Origin: Saccostrea cucullata
Lineage: Eukaryota
Length of the DNA stretch: 64,000 nucleotides
Direction: 5' to 3'
NCBI RefSeq assembly: GCF_032062105.1
Contig: NW_026934303.1
Span: 496,001 to 560,000, forward strand
Under the pieces are notes generated by a model that was not told the DNA's origin, made no database searches, and saw only the letters and a program-made list of their open reading frames with translations. Made by a program: the position numbers and the translations under genes. Shown here piece by piece: positions 52,521 through 62,688 of the stretch (the stretch's first letter is position 1; every line of letters begins with the position of its first letter).

Positions 52521-54328
52521 ACTGATTGTTAGTCCATTATTTATACACTGAATTGACGCGAGGCGGTTTATAAAAAAGAGTAAACTGCCCCAAGTTATGT
52601 TATATCGTATAACATAAGTTGAAATAAGCTTTATTCCTTATAATTTAATTTCAGTGTAGACAATGAGACAATTTTTCTATTTTTTCCTTCGGAAAAAGGC
52701 TTCAAACATAATATATCTTAAAAGTTAACGTCAAGCGGAGTAATACGTTTTTGACCTAACTCATTGTGACGTAGGCAAGTTATGTTATACAAAATGGATA
52801 AAACCGTTTAACCAATCAAATAACGTGTTACAAGTGAAATTAATTATTTAAGGAATGACTCTAATTCTTGGCCATATTATCGAGTATAATCCATATTATC
52901 GCGAAGCGGATTATAAAAAAGCGTAAACTGACCCAAACCAGATTATACTCGATAATATGGCCAAGAATTAAAGTCATTCCTTATAATTTAATTTTAAAAT
53001 AATTAAACAACTTTTGATGTAAAATTGTGTTGCTTTTTATAAGTTTAAATTTACCGCGCAATAATACAACCGTAGTAACGGAAGTGATTTGAAGCGAGGG
53101 GAGGTAATGACTGATACATAGATCTAGCAGCCATGATGTTTGTTTACATGAGGTAAGAACGAGTAATTGATTAAAGTTGAAGGTACATTTATTAAATCTG
53201 GAATTTTCCATGGATTCCGACGACTGGAAATGAGGGGATTGCATGGATATGATGATTAAGCTGGTCGTCAAGGGGGTGTGTCCCCATACCAAACCAGATT
53301 ATACAAAATGTTATGCGTTCCTTTTTGGAAATCAACCAATGAGAGGCGAGAATACAAATAAAATTAAATTATTTGAAAATATCTTAAAATTTTTAAAAAT
53401 AATGTAATTTTAAAGGATCGTGAAAGTTCAATAAATCAGATAATAATTGATTCTAGCTTACAATATACAGTTTACAAGTCAAAACTTCTACAAAAAGTTA
53501 TTTATACTATATTTTAATCCATGTATTGTAAAGGCGATGTACATATTCAGATACCATTATTACAAAAAATTAGGTACATGTACTAGGAATTTAATTGTCA
53601 AGTTAAGCCAATTTTATGCTTGGTTGCCCAAAAAGGATATACGAAAATCATACACAAGGAACAGGATGAAACATATTTTCAAATATTCAAGATGTTTTAG
53701 TATACTTTTATCATTTCAGTTGAACATAATTGTATAATTCTAACTTATAAAGAGCAAACGTATTTAAAAAGGGGAAAATCGGAAAATAAATTTTTTTTTA
53801 AAAGATCTATAACTGTTCGTTTTCTTCAACTTTAAAATTTCATCATCAAGCATATATTGTTCCTTAAAGTATACAAAGATGCGTGTAAGGTTGCTACCTT
53901 ATGTTAAACCAGGTGATTAAACATTAACACTGCATATTAAATATCAGTAAAATTTGAAACCATTACAGATGCTGTATTAACTATACTGACATTAGTATAA
54001 CCCCTATGTTGAACTTTAAAAATATAAGCTTTCATCTGTGTAACAGTTATATTTATATTTTTCAGATAGCGTATAGAAAATGCATATAGTTCCTACTGTG
54101 TATTCTAACGCGCGGTGACATGGTTTCGCGTGTGTTATAGAAAGAACTATATGCGGTATATTGCATATATTTGCCCCCACAAAAGTCATATTTTGAAAAC
54201 TTCCTGAAATGTGCTGAATTCAATAAATTGTATGAGAAATATAAATTAACAGAAAATATTATAGTGTCAAAGCAGTGTATTCACAATTTTTATTTTTATG
54301 ACGTCACAAACTAGTCCGATTTTATATC

Positions 54329-54782
54329 TGTAACGGGCGGTTGCCCAATAGTCCCAGAATCAATTAACAGGAATCGATTTCAGTTTTAACCGTTTATTTA
54401 ATTACAATAATAAAACATCTATAACAATGATAACAATGCTTACAGGTCAAATATAGACCGCTCTCTCCTCTAAACACGTTCACTTTCTTCTGTATAAAAA
54501 TCAGCACTCCTCAAAATTACAACAGTCGTCAGTAATAATACCGTCGGGCTAACCCGGACCGGGACGTACTGTGACGTCATACTCATAACATAAAAATGAC
54601 GTTTAGCGCAAAATCAATAGAACAATAAGTATTACGCTAACAATATAGAAATTGGTATATTTTATACATAATAAACATAGATTTATGCTAATTTAATATC
54701 AGTCAATGTACACAAGTAATAATCAATTACTTGTACTGGGATATTAATTAATAAATATTCAATAAAGATCTCAACCGTAACA
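54329..54782 (-). repeat. 3' LTR (454 bp)
   Basis: TGTAAC..GTAACA on +; direct repeat of 62689-63136; CRE TGACGTCA at 54572-54579. Confidence 0.97.
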
Positions 54783-54795
54783 CTCCCCCCTTCCC
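54783..54795 (-). other. Polypurine tract
   Basis: GGGAAGGGGGGAG immediately 5' of the 3' LTR on the minus strand. Confidence 0.92.
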
Positions 54796-55081
54796 AAGAC
54801 CTAATGTACCATGTACATTAGTCTAAATTACTAGTATTAATTCAAATATTCAATGGACATTCAATGAAAATCTGGACAAGTATTAATGCTACATATAAAA
54901 GCATAATTAATGATACTGACATGTCATAATAAGAAATAAGACATATACACATCTCATAGTATATAAAAAATACTAGTAGTTAAGATATAAAAATGTCAAA
55001 GCAAACAGTAACAATGTAAAACTAATTAAAGTTCACAGATTAAAGTTAATAAAATTGAATTACACTTATAATACCAATGTC

Positions 55082-56146
55082 TCACTGTTCTGGAAAAAGT
55101 TCCTCGCGCTCCAGGAGTTCCGATATCTTTCTCTTCAGTGCGCGGTTCTCGCTTTCCAGTTCTCGGAGGGACGATCCTGGTTTTTGAAGTTGTTCTAAGC
55201 GCTCCTTCGCCACCAAACGCACACGGGCGATCCTATCTATCTGGCTACCCAGTTTAACGATATACATTTGAAGTGAGTCCTCAGTGGAAGGTATTGGAGG
55301 GATATAAAAATCATCATCACAATATGAAAGAGTCTGTGTAGATCTGGACTGAGGTTTCTTTAAATAATCAGCAACGGATATTTTCTTGAAGTTGGTCTGT
55401 GTTGCTAGTGTTGCAGGTTCCATCGAAGAAAGAGGAGATTCCACCATCGAGCAAGAAGACGGCTCCACCAACGAACAAGATAACGGTGCCAACGACGAAG
55501 ACGAATGTGCCAACGAAGAAGAGGACGGTGCCAACGACGAAGAGGACGGTTCCAACGACGAAGACGACTCCAACGACGAAGAGGACGGTGCCAACGTCAA
55601 AGACAGATCCAACGAAGAGGACGGCTCGGTCACCGGGGGAGGAATCAACACAGTCCCGGGAGCAACATTCGCCATCGAGGGGAATCCTGTGGAGGAAGAA
55701 ACGCCGGCTGTCTGGGAAGTCTGGGCACGTCGGAAGTTATATTTCAAAAGCCCAGGGTCGATATAATTCGTGGCCCTCACCATCTGGCTGGTTGCTTTGG
55801 CAATAATGGCTTCAAGGATGGAAGGATTAGTCTGCTTATGAATGAATTTCAGGTGACTCTTCATGTCGGATTTTCTTCTGACCAGTGCATGGCATCCTTG
55901 GTGAGGGCACGCCCACTTCTGAACCTCCCGAACGTGACGCTCTTCCCAATGGCGCTGGAATTTCGCCCTCGATGGGAAAGTTCCCTGAAAATTGCAATCT
56001 GCAATGGGGCATTTCATGTTGGCAACATAGCCAAATTCCTGCACGTCCAAGTCAAAGACGGACTCTTCGAAGTAAAAGTCATCCTCAGCCATGAGGTCTA
56101 GAACATCTACTTGTCCATGGTCAATGTCCATGTTGAAACTTGACAT
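55082..56146 (-). CDS. Retrotransposon accessory ORF3: two C2H2-type zinc fingers, Ser-rich repeats and C-terminal coiled coil, 354 aa
   Basis: Uninterrupted ORF in the same sense as gag/pol. Fingers CPIADC..FQRHWEERH and CPHQGC..MKSHLKFIH; zipper LRELESENRALKRKISELLE; acceptor-like TTATTTTTTAG just upstream of ATG 56146. Confidence 0.8.
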   Translation of the reverse strand: MSSFNMDIDHGQVDVLDLMAEDDFYFEESVFDLDVQEFGYVANMKCPIADCNFQGTFPSRAKFQRHWEERHVREVQKWACPHQGCHALVRRKSDMKSHLKFIHKQTNPSILEAIIAKATSQMVRATNYIDPGLLKYNFRRAQTSQTAGVSSSTGFPSMANVAPGTVLIPPPVTEPSSSLDLSLTLAPSSSSLESSSSLEPSSSSLAPSSSSLAHSSSSLAPLSCSLVEPSSCSMVESPLSSMEPATLATQTNFKKISVADYLKKPQSRSTQTLSYCDDDFYIPPIPSTEDSLQMYIVKLGSQIDRIARVRLVAKERLEQLQKPGSSLRELESENRALKRKISELLEREELFPEQ

Positions 56147-56647
56147 AAATCCTAAAAAATAATAACATACTTTCAAATTCATAAACACGACAAAAACTGA
56201 AACTTTTATACCTGGTATTCCTGAACAAGACCTTTCTCTAGTCTAATGTTCAAGTGAATACATTTCACTAAGTTTCTCACAACGTACAAAATCGTGCATC
56301 ACTCAATCACTCGTGCAATATCAACAATTGCTTACATGTACAAATACAGTCGATACACAACCGAAAGCAGTAGCCCATGGTTTCAAATTACATATGTATG
56401 CATGTATTACGTACAATAATCTCTACTATAACCCATTTCATATGAGTATAAAAACAATATTATTTATTTAGGACAATCTATGTCAACGAGTTCAACTTTT
56501 CATTCATGGATCTATGTTCATGGACTTATGTAAATGAATAACTGTTTTTCTCTTGATTCTTACGATGGACTCTACAACACCAACAACAATGACTAATTGT
56601 TAATTAAATATGAATAACTTTTTTTCATTTAATCTAGTTTATTATAT

Positions 56648-59600
56648 TTATGGACTATAAATAACTTTAGACTTGAGGCGTCTGCCCCTTCTACTGAATC
56701 GTGGTGATTCGGGTCTCGGTTCAACCCTTTCATCACTTTCCTCCTCAGATGCATTGCTATCCTCAGCAATTGCAAAATTGTCTTCTAAGTTAAAGTCCAC
56801 CCCCCGTCCCTCATCTGACTCTAATTTCTGTTTGAGTAATTTTAAATGGTCTACGTGTACTATTTTTAGTTTTCCGTCACTACATCTTTTTACTTCATAA
56901 GTTATGTCTGATAACTTTCTGATAATTTCATAGGGCCCTGTCCATCCTAAACCAAGTTTTTGATTTGCTTCCGGTGGATACCAACGCAGTACTAATGTTT
57001 TTGGTTCAAATGACCTTATCTTTAATTTAGTATCGTAATAATGCTTTTGTTTCTGAAAACTACTTTGTAAATTTTCATGTGCATAGTCAAATGCGTTTTG
57101 CATTGCTCCTTTTAACCATTCGACGTATTTTATTGGACATTCTACAGGGGCGTCATTAGGGTGAGTCGGTGACCCTGTGATGAGGTCTATAGGGAGTGAA
57201 GTCTCCCTTCCTAGCATTAAGAGGTTTGGGGTACATTTAGTACTTTCTTGTACTGAAGCGCGATAGGCCATTGTTAAAAACGGTAAATGTTCATCCCAAT
57301 CGTCTTTGTAATCGTTAACAAACATCGCTAACATTTGTTGTAAAGTTCTGTTGAAGCGTTCTATCATCCCGTCTGATTGGGGATGAAAGGGCGTTGTCCT
57401 AGATTTTTCTATTTCAAAAATATCACACATTCGTTTGAAAAGATTTGACTCGAATTCGCGCCCTTGATCGGTATGAATTCTTAGAGGCGAACCATATCGG
57501 CATATAAATTCACAAATTAACTTGTCAGCGACCGTCTGTGCAGTGTGGTCTGGCAGAGGATAGGCCTCTGTCCACTTTGAAAAATAGTCCCCGACTACCA
57601 TAATATATTGATTGCCTTTGTCTGTTATAGGAAGAGGACCCATTATGTCTACAGCGACGCATTGTAGGGGTCGATATACTGGCTCGCGTTTCATGGGCGA
57701 TTTGCCCAACCCTGGACCGGGTTTTCTACGCTGACAGGGAAGGCAGGTCTGACACCAGCGAGATACATCGCTTGTCATCCCTGGCCAGTAGTATCTAGCC
57801 CTAACTTTACCCAGGGTCTTTTCTCGACCTAAATGTCCAGCTGACTTTGTATTGTGTAAATGATTCAAAATTTCGGTTCTAAGAACTCTAGGCACAACTG
57901 TTTGTAAATATGTCAAACCATTTTCGTTTTTCCACATTCGATATAAGATTTCATTTTCAACTTTCAATAACTGTCGCTCTCGTATTAGAGCAGTCATTTC
58001 CATACTAGTACTCTTTAATTTAGATATATCTTTGCCATTTTTCAAACACTCTCGAATTTGACCAATAGATTTGTCATTTATTTGTGCTTCTATTAAACTT
58101 TCATGACTCCAGTGAGGTAACCAGTTTGGTTCCTGCATTTCCCGTTGTTCGGATTCTGAAGTCTGACATGACTTATCAGATTCCTGTGGGGACGCATCTT
58201 TGTTTGAATTATTTTTCAAATCTACGGAACTGACAATCGCAGAGCTAACTTGCTCTTTTCCACATTGGTCACACTCAGCGCGTAAACATCTGCGTCGTGG
58301 TCTACGCGATAACGCATCTGCATTACCATGCGATACTCCTTTGCGGTGTTCGATATGAAAATCGTAAGTATCGAGTAACGAGAGCCATCTTGCTACTATT
58401 CCTTCCGGTTCTTTGAAGTTTTTGAGCCAAATTAAAGATGAATGATCTGTCCGGATTAAAAAGTTCTTACCACTCAGATAATATCTAAAATGTTTCACAA
58501 ATGAAACTACAGCAAGTAATTCTCGGTATGTTGTGCAATAACTCCGCTGAGAACGAGAAAGAGTCTTGCTAGCATAAGCGATGACTGGCTCCTCGCCATC
58601 TTGAATTTGCGACAAGACCGCGCCGATTCCGGAATTACTCGCGTCTGTGTCTAGCACAAATTGACCGAAACGTGTGGGGTAAGACAAGATGGGTGCGGAA
58701 ATTAAAGCTTCTTTCAGCTTTTGGAATGCTTCGACGCATTCATCGGTCCAGGAAAATTTCCTGTTTTTCTGAGTAAGTTGCGTTAATGGAAAGGCTAATG
58801 TTGAAAAATTCTGAATAAATTTTCTGTAGTATGACGCAAGACCCAGAAAACTTCGAACATCGGTAACAGATTCAGGATTCGGCCAGTCGTTGACTGCCTT
58901 GATTTTCTCTTCATCGCATTTTATTCCGTCGACTGACACAATGTGTCCTAAATATCGAACTTCATCTTGGAAAAATGTACACTTTTTGGGTTTTAGTTTT
59001 AATTTAGCACTTTTGAATCTGTCAAAAACTTGTTTCAAATTGTCTAGAGTTTCCGTAAACGTTTTACCAAAGACAATCACGTCGTCAAGATAAACGAGAC
59101 AACGTTCCCATTGCAACCCGTTTAGAACAAGTTCCATAAGTCGTTCGAATGTCTTAGGACTGTTGGCCAATCCGAAGGGCATTACGCGAAATTGGTACAG
59201 CCCACGGTGAGTCGCGAAAGCCGTTTTAGGCTTATCCTCCTCTGACATTTTTACTTGGAAAAATCCTTGAGCGAGATCTAAAGTACAGTAGTATTGGGCA
59301 CCTGAAAGTGAATCTAAAGAATCATCGATTCTCGGTAAAGGATAGCTATCTTTGATTGTTTTCAAATTTAATTTTCTATAATCAACGCAAAATCGAGTGG
59401 TATTATCCTTTTTCTTAACCAATACGATGGGCGCTGCCCATGGTGATTCACTCGGCTCAATGATGCCTTGATTTAGCATTTTGTCTATTTCTTCATTAGC
59501 TATCTCGCGTTGGTGTATAGGCAATCGCCTAGCAGGAATTTTTACAGGCGTTTGATCTTTTAACTTGATTTTGTGGTGGACTAGGTCTGTTTGACCTACT

Positions 59601-60553
59601 CGTCCATCTGGTCCGACAAATATATCTGAATACTGAGCTAAAACTTGTTTAAGTTTATTTTTCTCACCTGCTGACAATCTGTCAGAAACATTAGACATAA
59701 GAGGACTTAAGTGATCTGGTAAGTCTTTCGTTAACAGTCCGTGATTGTCTTGTCTAACGTCTTTAGACGCTTGTTGTTTTTGGTGAAAAATTTCTGTTAC
59801 AGGCTCAAGAGAAGCAACATAAGCGTTTTTCTTTAATATGACTGTCTCTGGGGTAGGGTTTAAAATAGAAAATACCACTTCTGAGTCTTCTGACTTTATT
59901 ATTGACTTTGGTATAATGACATGTTTTTCACCCATATAACCTTCAAATGGTTCTAAAATACTGTCAATTTCGGGCAATTTCCCTTTGATTTTCCCTTTCA
60001 GAAATATTTCTGACTCTCCGGGAATTTTACATGTTTGAATTAACTGAACGCGAGCGCACGAATTTTCTGACACTGACTCATTTGTTAAGGCCAAGTCAAA
60101 ATTTTTGAATTTTAAAACACCTCTGCCGGTATCAAAAGTGACATGATTACGAGCTAAAAAGTCTAATCCGAGAATTCCTTCGAGATTTCCTAAATCGGCT
60201 ACCATAACCGATTGACTGAATTCGTCATTCGCGATCCCTAAATTCAAGGTACAACGACCTAACACGGACATAGGTTCTCCATCAGCGGTCGTCAAAATAG
60301 ACGATTCGTTCTCCAGTTTTACATTTCTCAAAGAATCGAATATTTGCTTCGACAGCAGAGTAACCGCAGAACCCGTGTCTACAAGCATTTTAATATCTGA
60401 GTTTCCTACTGAAACTTTTATAAACCAGCAGTGTTGAGAAATAGCAGCTAATCTAAAGCTATTCAATGGCCTTACATTTTTATCAAATTTTTTATCACAA
60501 TTGTTTGTCTGAGCTGAGCCTGTGGCCTCCATCCCAGCTCGTTCTAGTTTAAA
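56648..60553 (-). CDS. pol: Pol polyprotein (protease, RT, RNase H, integrase with GPY/F), expressed by -1 frameshift
   Basis: LVDTGS, RFCVDYRKLN, YLDD, DTDAS..TDH..NADALSR, H..GHLG..CLPC, VDIMGP..TDQG..ERFNRTL, WTGPY; no stops over 1294+ codons; no chromodomain. Confidence 0.97.
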   Translation of the reverse strand, partial: FKLERAGMEATGSAQTNNCDKKFDKNVRPLNSFRLAAISQHCWFIKVSVGNSDIKMLVDTGSAVTLLSKQIFDSLRNVKLENESSILTTADGEPMSVLGRCTLNLGIANDEFSQSVMVADLGNLEGILGLDFLARNHVTFDTGRGVLKFKNFDLALTNESVSENSCARVQLIQTCKIPGESEIFLKGKIKGKLPEIDSILEPFEGYMGEKHVIIPKSIIKSEDSEVVFSILNPTPETVILKKNAYVASLEPVTEIFHQKQQASKDVRQDNHGLLTKDLPDHLSPLMSNVSDRLSAGEKNKLKQVLAQYSDIFVGPDGRVGQTDLVHHKIKLKDQTPVKIPARRLPIHQREIANEEIDKMLNQGIIEPSESPWAAPIVLVKKKDNTTRFCVDYRKLNLKTIKDSYPLPRIDDSLDSLSGAQYYCTLDLAQGFFQVKMSEEDKPKTAFATHRGLYQFRVMPFGLANSPKTFERLMELVLNGLQWERCLVYLDDVIVFGKTFTETLDNLKQVFDRFKSAKLKLKPKKCTFFQDEVRYLGHIVSVDGIKCDEEKIKAVNDWPNPESVTDVRSFLGLASYYRKFIQNFSTLAFPLTQLTQKNRKFSWTDECVEAFQKLKEALISAPILSYPTRFGQFVLDTDASNSGIGAVLSQIQDGEEPVIAYASKTLSRSQRSYCTTYRELLAVVSFVKHFRYYLSGKNFLIRTDHSSLIWLKNFKEPEGIVARWLSLLDTYDFHIEHRKGVSHGNADALSRRPRRRCLRAECDQCGKEQVSSAIVSSVDLKNNSNKDASPQESDKSCQTSESEQREMQEPNWLPHWSHESLIEAQINDKSIGQIRECLKNGKDISKLKSTSMEMTALIRERQLLKVENEILYRMWKNENGLTYLQTVVPRVLRTEILNHLHNTKSAGHLGREKTLGKVRARYYWPGMTSDVSRWCQTCLPCQRRKPGPGLGKSPMKREPVYRPLQCVAVDIMGPLPITDKGNQYIMVVGDYFSKWTEAYPLPDHTAQTVADKLICEFICRYGSPLRIHTDQGREFESNLFKRMCDIFEIEKSRTTPFHPQSDGMIERFNRTLQQMLAMFVNDYKDDWDEHLPFLTMAYRASVQESTKCTPNLLMLGRETSLPIDLITGSPTHPNDAPVECPIKYVEWLKGAMQNAFDYAHENLQSSFQKQKHYYDTKLKIRSFEPKTLVLRWYPPEANQKLGLGWTGPYEIIRKLSDITYEVKRCSDGKLKIVHVDHLKLLKQKLESDEGRGVDFNLEDNFAIAEDSNASEEESDERVEPRPESPRFSRRGRRLKSKVIYSP
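60511..60553 (-). promoter_or_regulatory. Programmed -1 ribosomal frameshift signal
   Basis: T TTA AAC in gag frame directly before TAG, 6-nt spacer, then stem GAGCTGGG/CTCAGCTC; the -1 frame is the pol frame. Confidence 0.85.
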
Positions 60554-62607
60554 TCAGTATTCTCCTCGGACTGTTGTGTCCTTGGAGTCCTAACTGACTC
60601 GTTTTTCGCGTAACTTGAGTTCTTCTTTGGACAGTTGCGACTTATATGACCTTCCTCATTGCAATTAAAACAAGTGAACTTTTGAGAGTCTCGCGATTTA
60701 ATAGGCGGGCGCGTTTTATTTCTCTGTTCAGTTTTCTCTACCTGACTGGGTCTTTCCGGTTTATTTAATAAATTCTTTAGAGATTCTTTGACATCTCTCA
60801 TCGAATTCTCTAATCTATCAAGTCTAGATATCTCAAGGTTTGAATGACGTGAGGTTTTCTGAATATTCTTTTCAGAATTTCCTGCGTTTGTCAAGGCCAT
60901 AACATTCGAATGAACGGACTCGTTCGGTTTCCGTAGTACATTGTACGAACCCTCAAAGGCCTCAAACTCTACAGCTAATGATATAGCTCTATCCAGGGTG
61001 CTCGGGTGTGCGAACTGAATGTGTCTTTTGATATCTTGATTTCCTAACCCGGAAATATACTGCTCGACAATTAAGCTCTCTCTCATTTCTATAGGTATAG
61101 ACGGAAATGCGCGACTCGCGAGGCGCTTAAGCGCATAGCCATATTCAACTACTGATTCTTCGCGATTGCGACGTCTATTTCTAAACTCACAGCGATATGC
61201 TGTAACTCGTTCAGGTGGGCAGAATCTCTGCATTAATACAGATTTTAATGTCTCGTACTGACATAAAATTTCTCTGGGTAATTCTCCTAACACGCGCTGG
61301 GCTACACCTCGTAGACTCATAGCAAGTTGAAGCGCTTTTTCATGATCATTCCATTCATTCCACTCAGCCACTTGCTCAAAATGACACACATAATCATTCC
61401 ATTCAACTTTATTTCCGTCAAAAGTGTCCGGTTCTTTCGGCTTTCTATTTACAAGCTTTGTACTTTTCTGTACATTTGCAGCTTTTTCTCCAAAGTTTGT
61501 ATTTTCTAATTCATCGTAGAAAGCGTGTGCATTAAAATCGACGTTTGCCCCTTTTGGGCCTCTCTGAGTCACGTGATTTGTAAATGTTGACGGCGCGACA
61601 TGTTTAGAATCGAGGGGATTTCTTGTGTTTCTTTCACGTTTTGGATTATGTGTGAATGTTTCAACTATGTCAGGAGTATTTATTCTCCTATTTGACACTC
61701 GTTGTTTTGAATCACACGATAAGTCTTCATTCATACCAAGACAGTAGTGAGGATTTTCTGGTGAACATGAAAACAAATCTGATTCAGCGTGCGCATGCAC
61801 TTGTGTATCTGGAAAGAGGTACGGATCACGTTTCTGTGATGAAAGATCAGTGATTGAACTACAATTTCTGTTTCGCGGACAAGTACAAGTGTTAAATTCA
61901 TGATCTGATTTTGAAAAACACCGGGCATTGTCTGGATAAGATTTAGGTCTAACGACTGAGTTATCGTTCTTTCCATGACTGACAAGAGGCGGATCATACA
62001 TTCCATGATATACGCGCTCGGACTCGGTCTCTGAACAATCGATGTCTAGGGGTAAGTTCTGAAGTTTGTTATTAGTAACTGTTTTATTACATGTGGGCAT
62101 GTATCTACATTCGCCGTTATTCTCGGAAGATCTGTTTTGATCTAAGGGAACAGACTTATCGTCTGTAGTCGGTCCGCGCCTTAAGAAACTTCAGGCACGT
62201 AGTATCAGGGGGGGCCAGGGGGGGCCTGGCCCCCCCACTTTTTCTCCCGACATTATCTTTACTATAGAAAATGTTTACTGAAAGGAAGGTGGCCCCCCAC
62301 ATTTCAGCACAGTGTAGTGTTATAAAGAAAATTGACCCCAAAAAGTTTGAACTGAAAGATAGTTGGTCTTGAAAAAAGTTGGCCACTACCCCTCCCCCCA
62401 CGAAATAGGATTTTCGACTTTGGGCAACTTTTAATTTTTTTTTTTTTTTTGGCTTGTCAACTTTTTCAGGTAAGTAAAAAAAAATTTCTCAGGTTGGCCC
62501 CCCCACTTTCAAAAACGATGCTACGTGCCTGAACTTGGTGTGAAAAATTTCACAAAGCCATTAAAACCACTTGACAAGTTGTGTAAAAATGATTCATTTG
62601 AAGCCAT
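60544..62607 (-). CDS. gag: Gag (capsid-like domain plus CCHC knuckle), 572 aa when reconstructed; interrupted by a MITE near codon 25
   Basis: CFNCNEEGHISRNC; PDTFDG..WNDYVCHFEQVAEWNEW. Removing 62192-62536 gives one open frame from ATG 62607 (MASNESFLHNLSSGFNGFVKFFTPSFLRRGPTTDDKSVP..ECRYMPTC). Confidence 0.9.
62192..62531. mobile_element. 340-bp MITE with 5-bp TSD (hAT5/DNA5-like)
   Basis: TIR CAGGCACGTAG(T/C)ATC; TSD AACTT (62187-62191 and 62532-62536); G/C-run hairpin. Confidence 0.9.
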
Positions 62608-62662
62608 TGGCTTTTTTCCTTATGCTACACAACACAAAACAACAGTTAAAACTAGAATCGAT

Positions 62663-62683
62663 ATCCCTCGGACGAAGCCCCCA
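62663..62683 (-). other. Primer-binding site, tRNA-Pro-like
   Basis: TGGGGGCTTCGTCCGAGGGAT lies 5 nt after the 5' LTR; the canonical tRNA-Pro PBS is TGGGGGCTCGTCCGGGAT. Confidence 0.88.
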
Positions 62684-62688
62684 AAATA

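Noticed and set aside
55386-56101. Plus-strand ORFs with acidic, Thr/Lys or Arg/Gln repeats antisense to ORF3
   Set aside because: Shadows of the GC-rich 21-nt Ser repeat; the minus frame has the zinc-finger and zipper logic.
55082-56188. ORF3 as an env gene
   Set aside because: No signal peptide, furin site plus fusion peptide, or transmembrane anchor.
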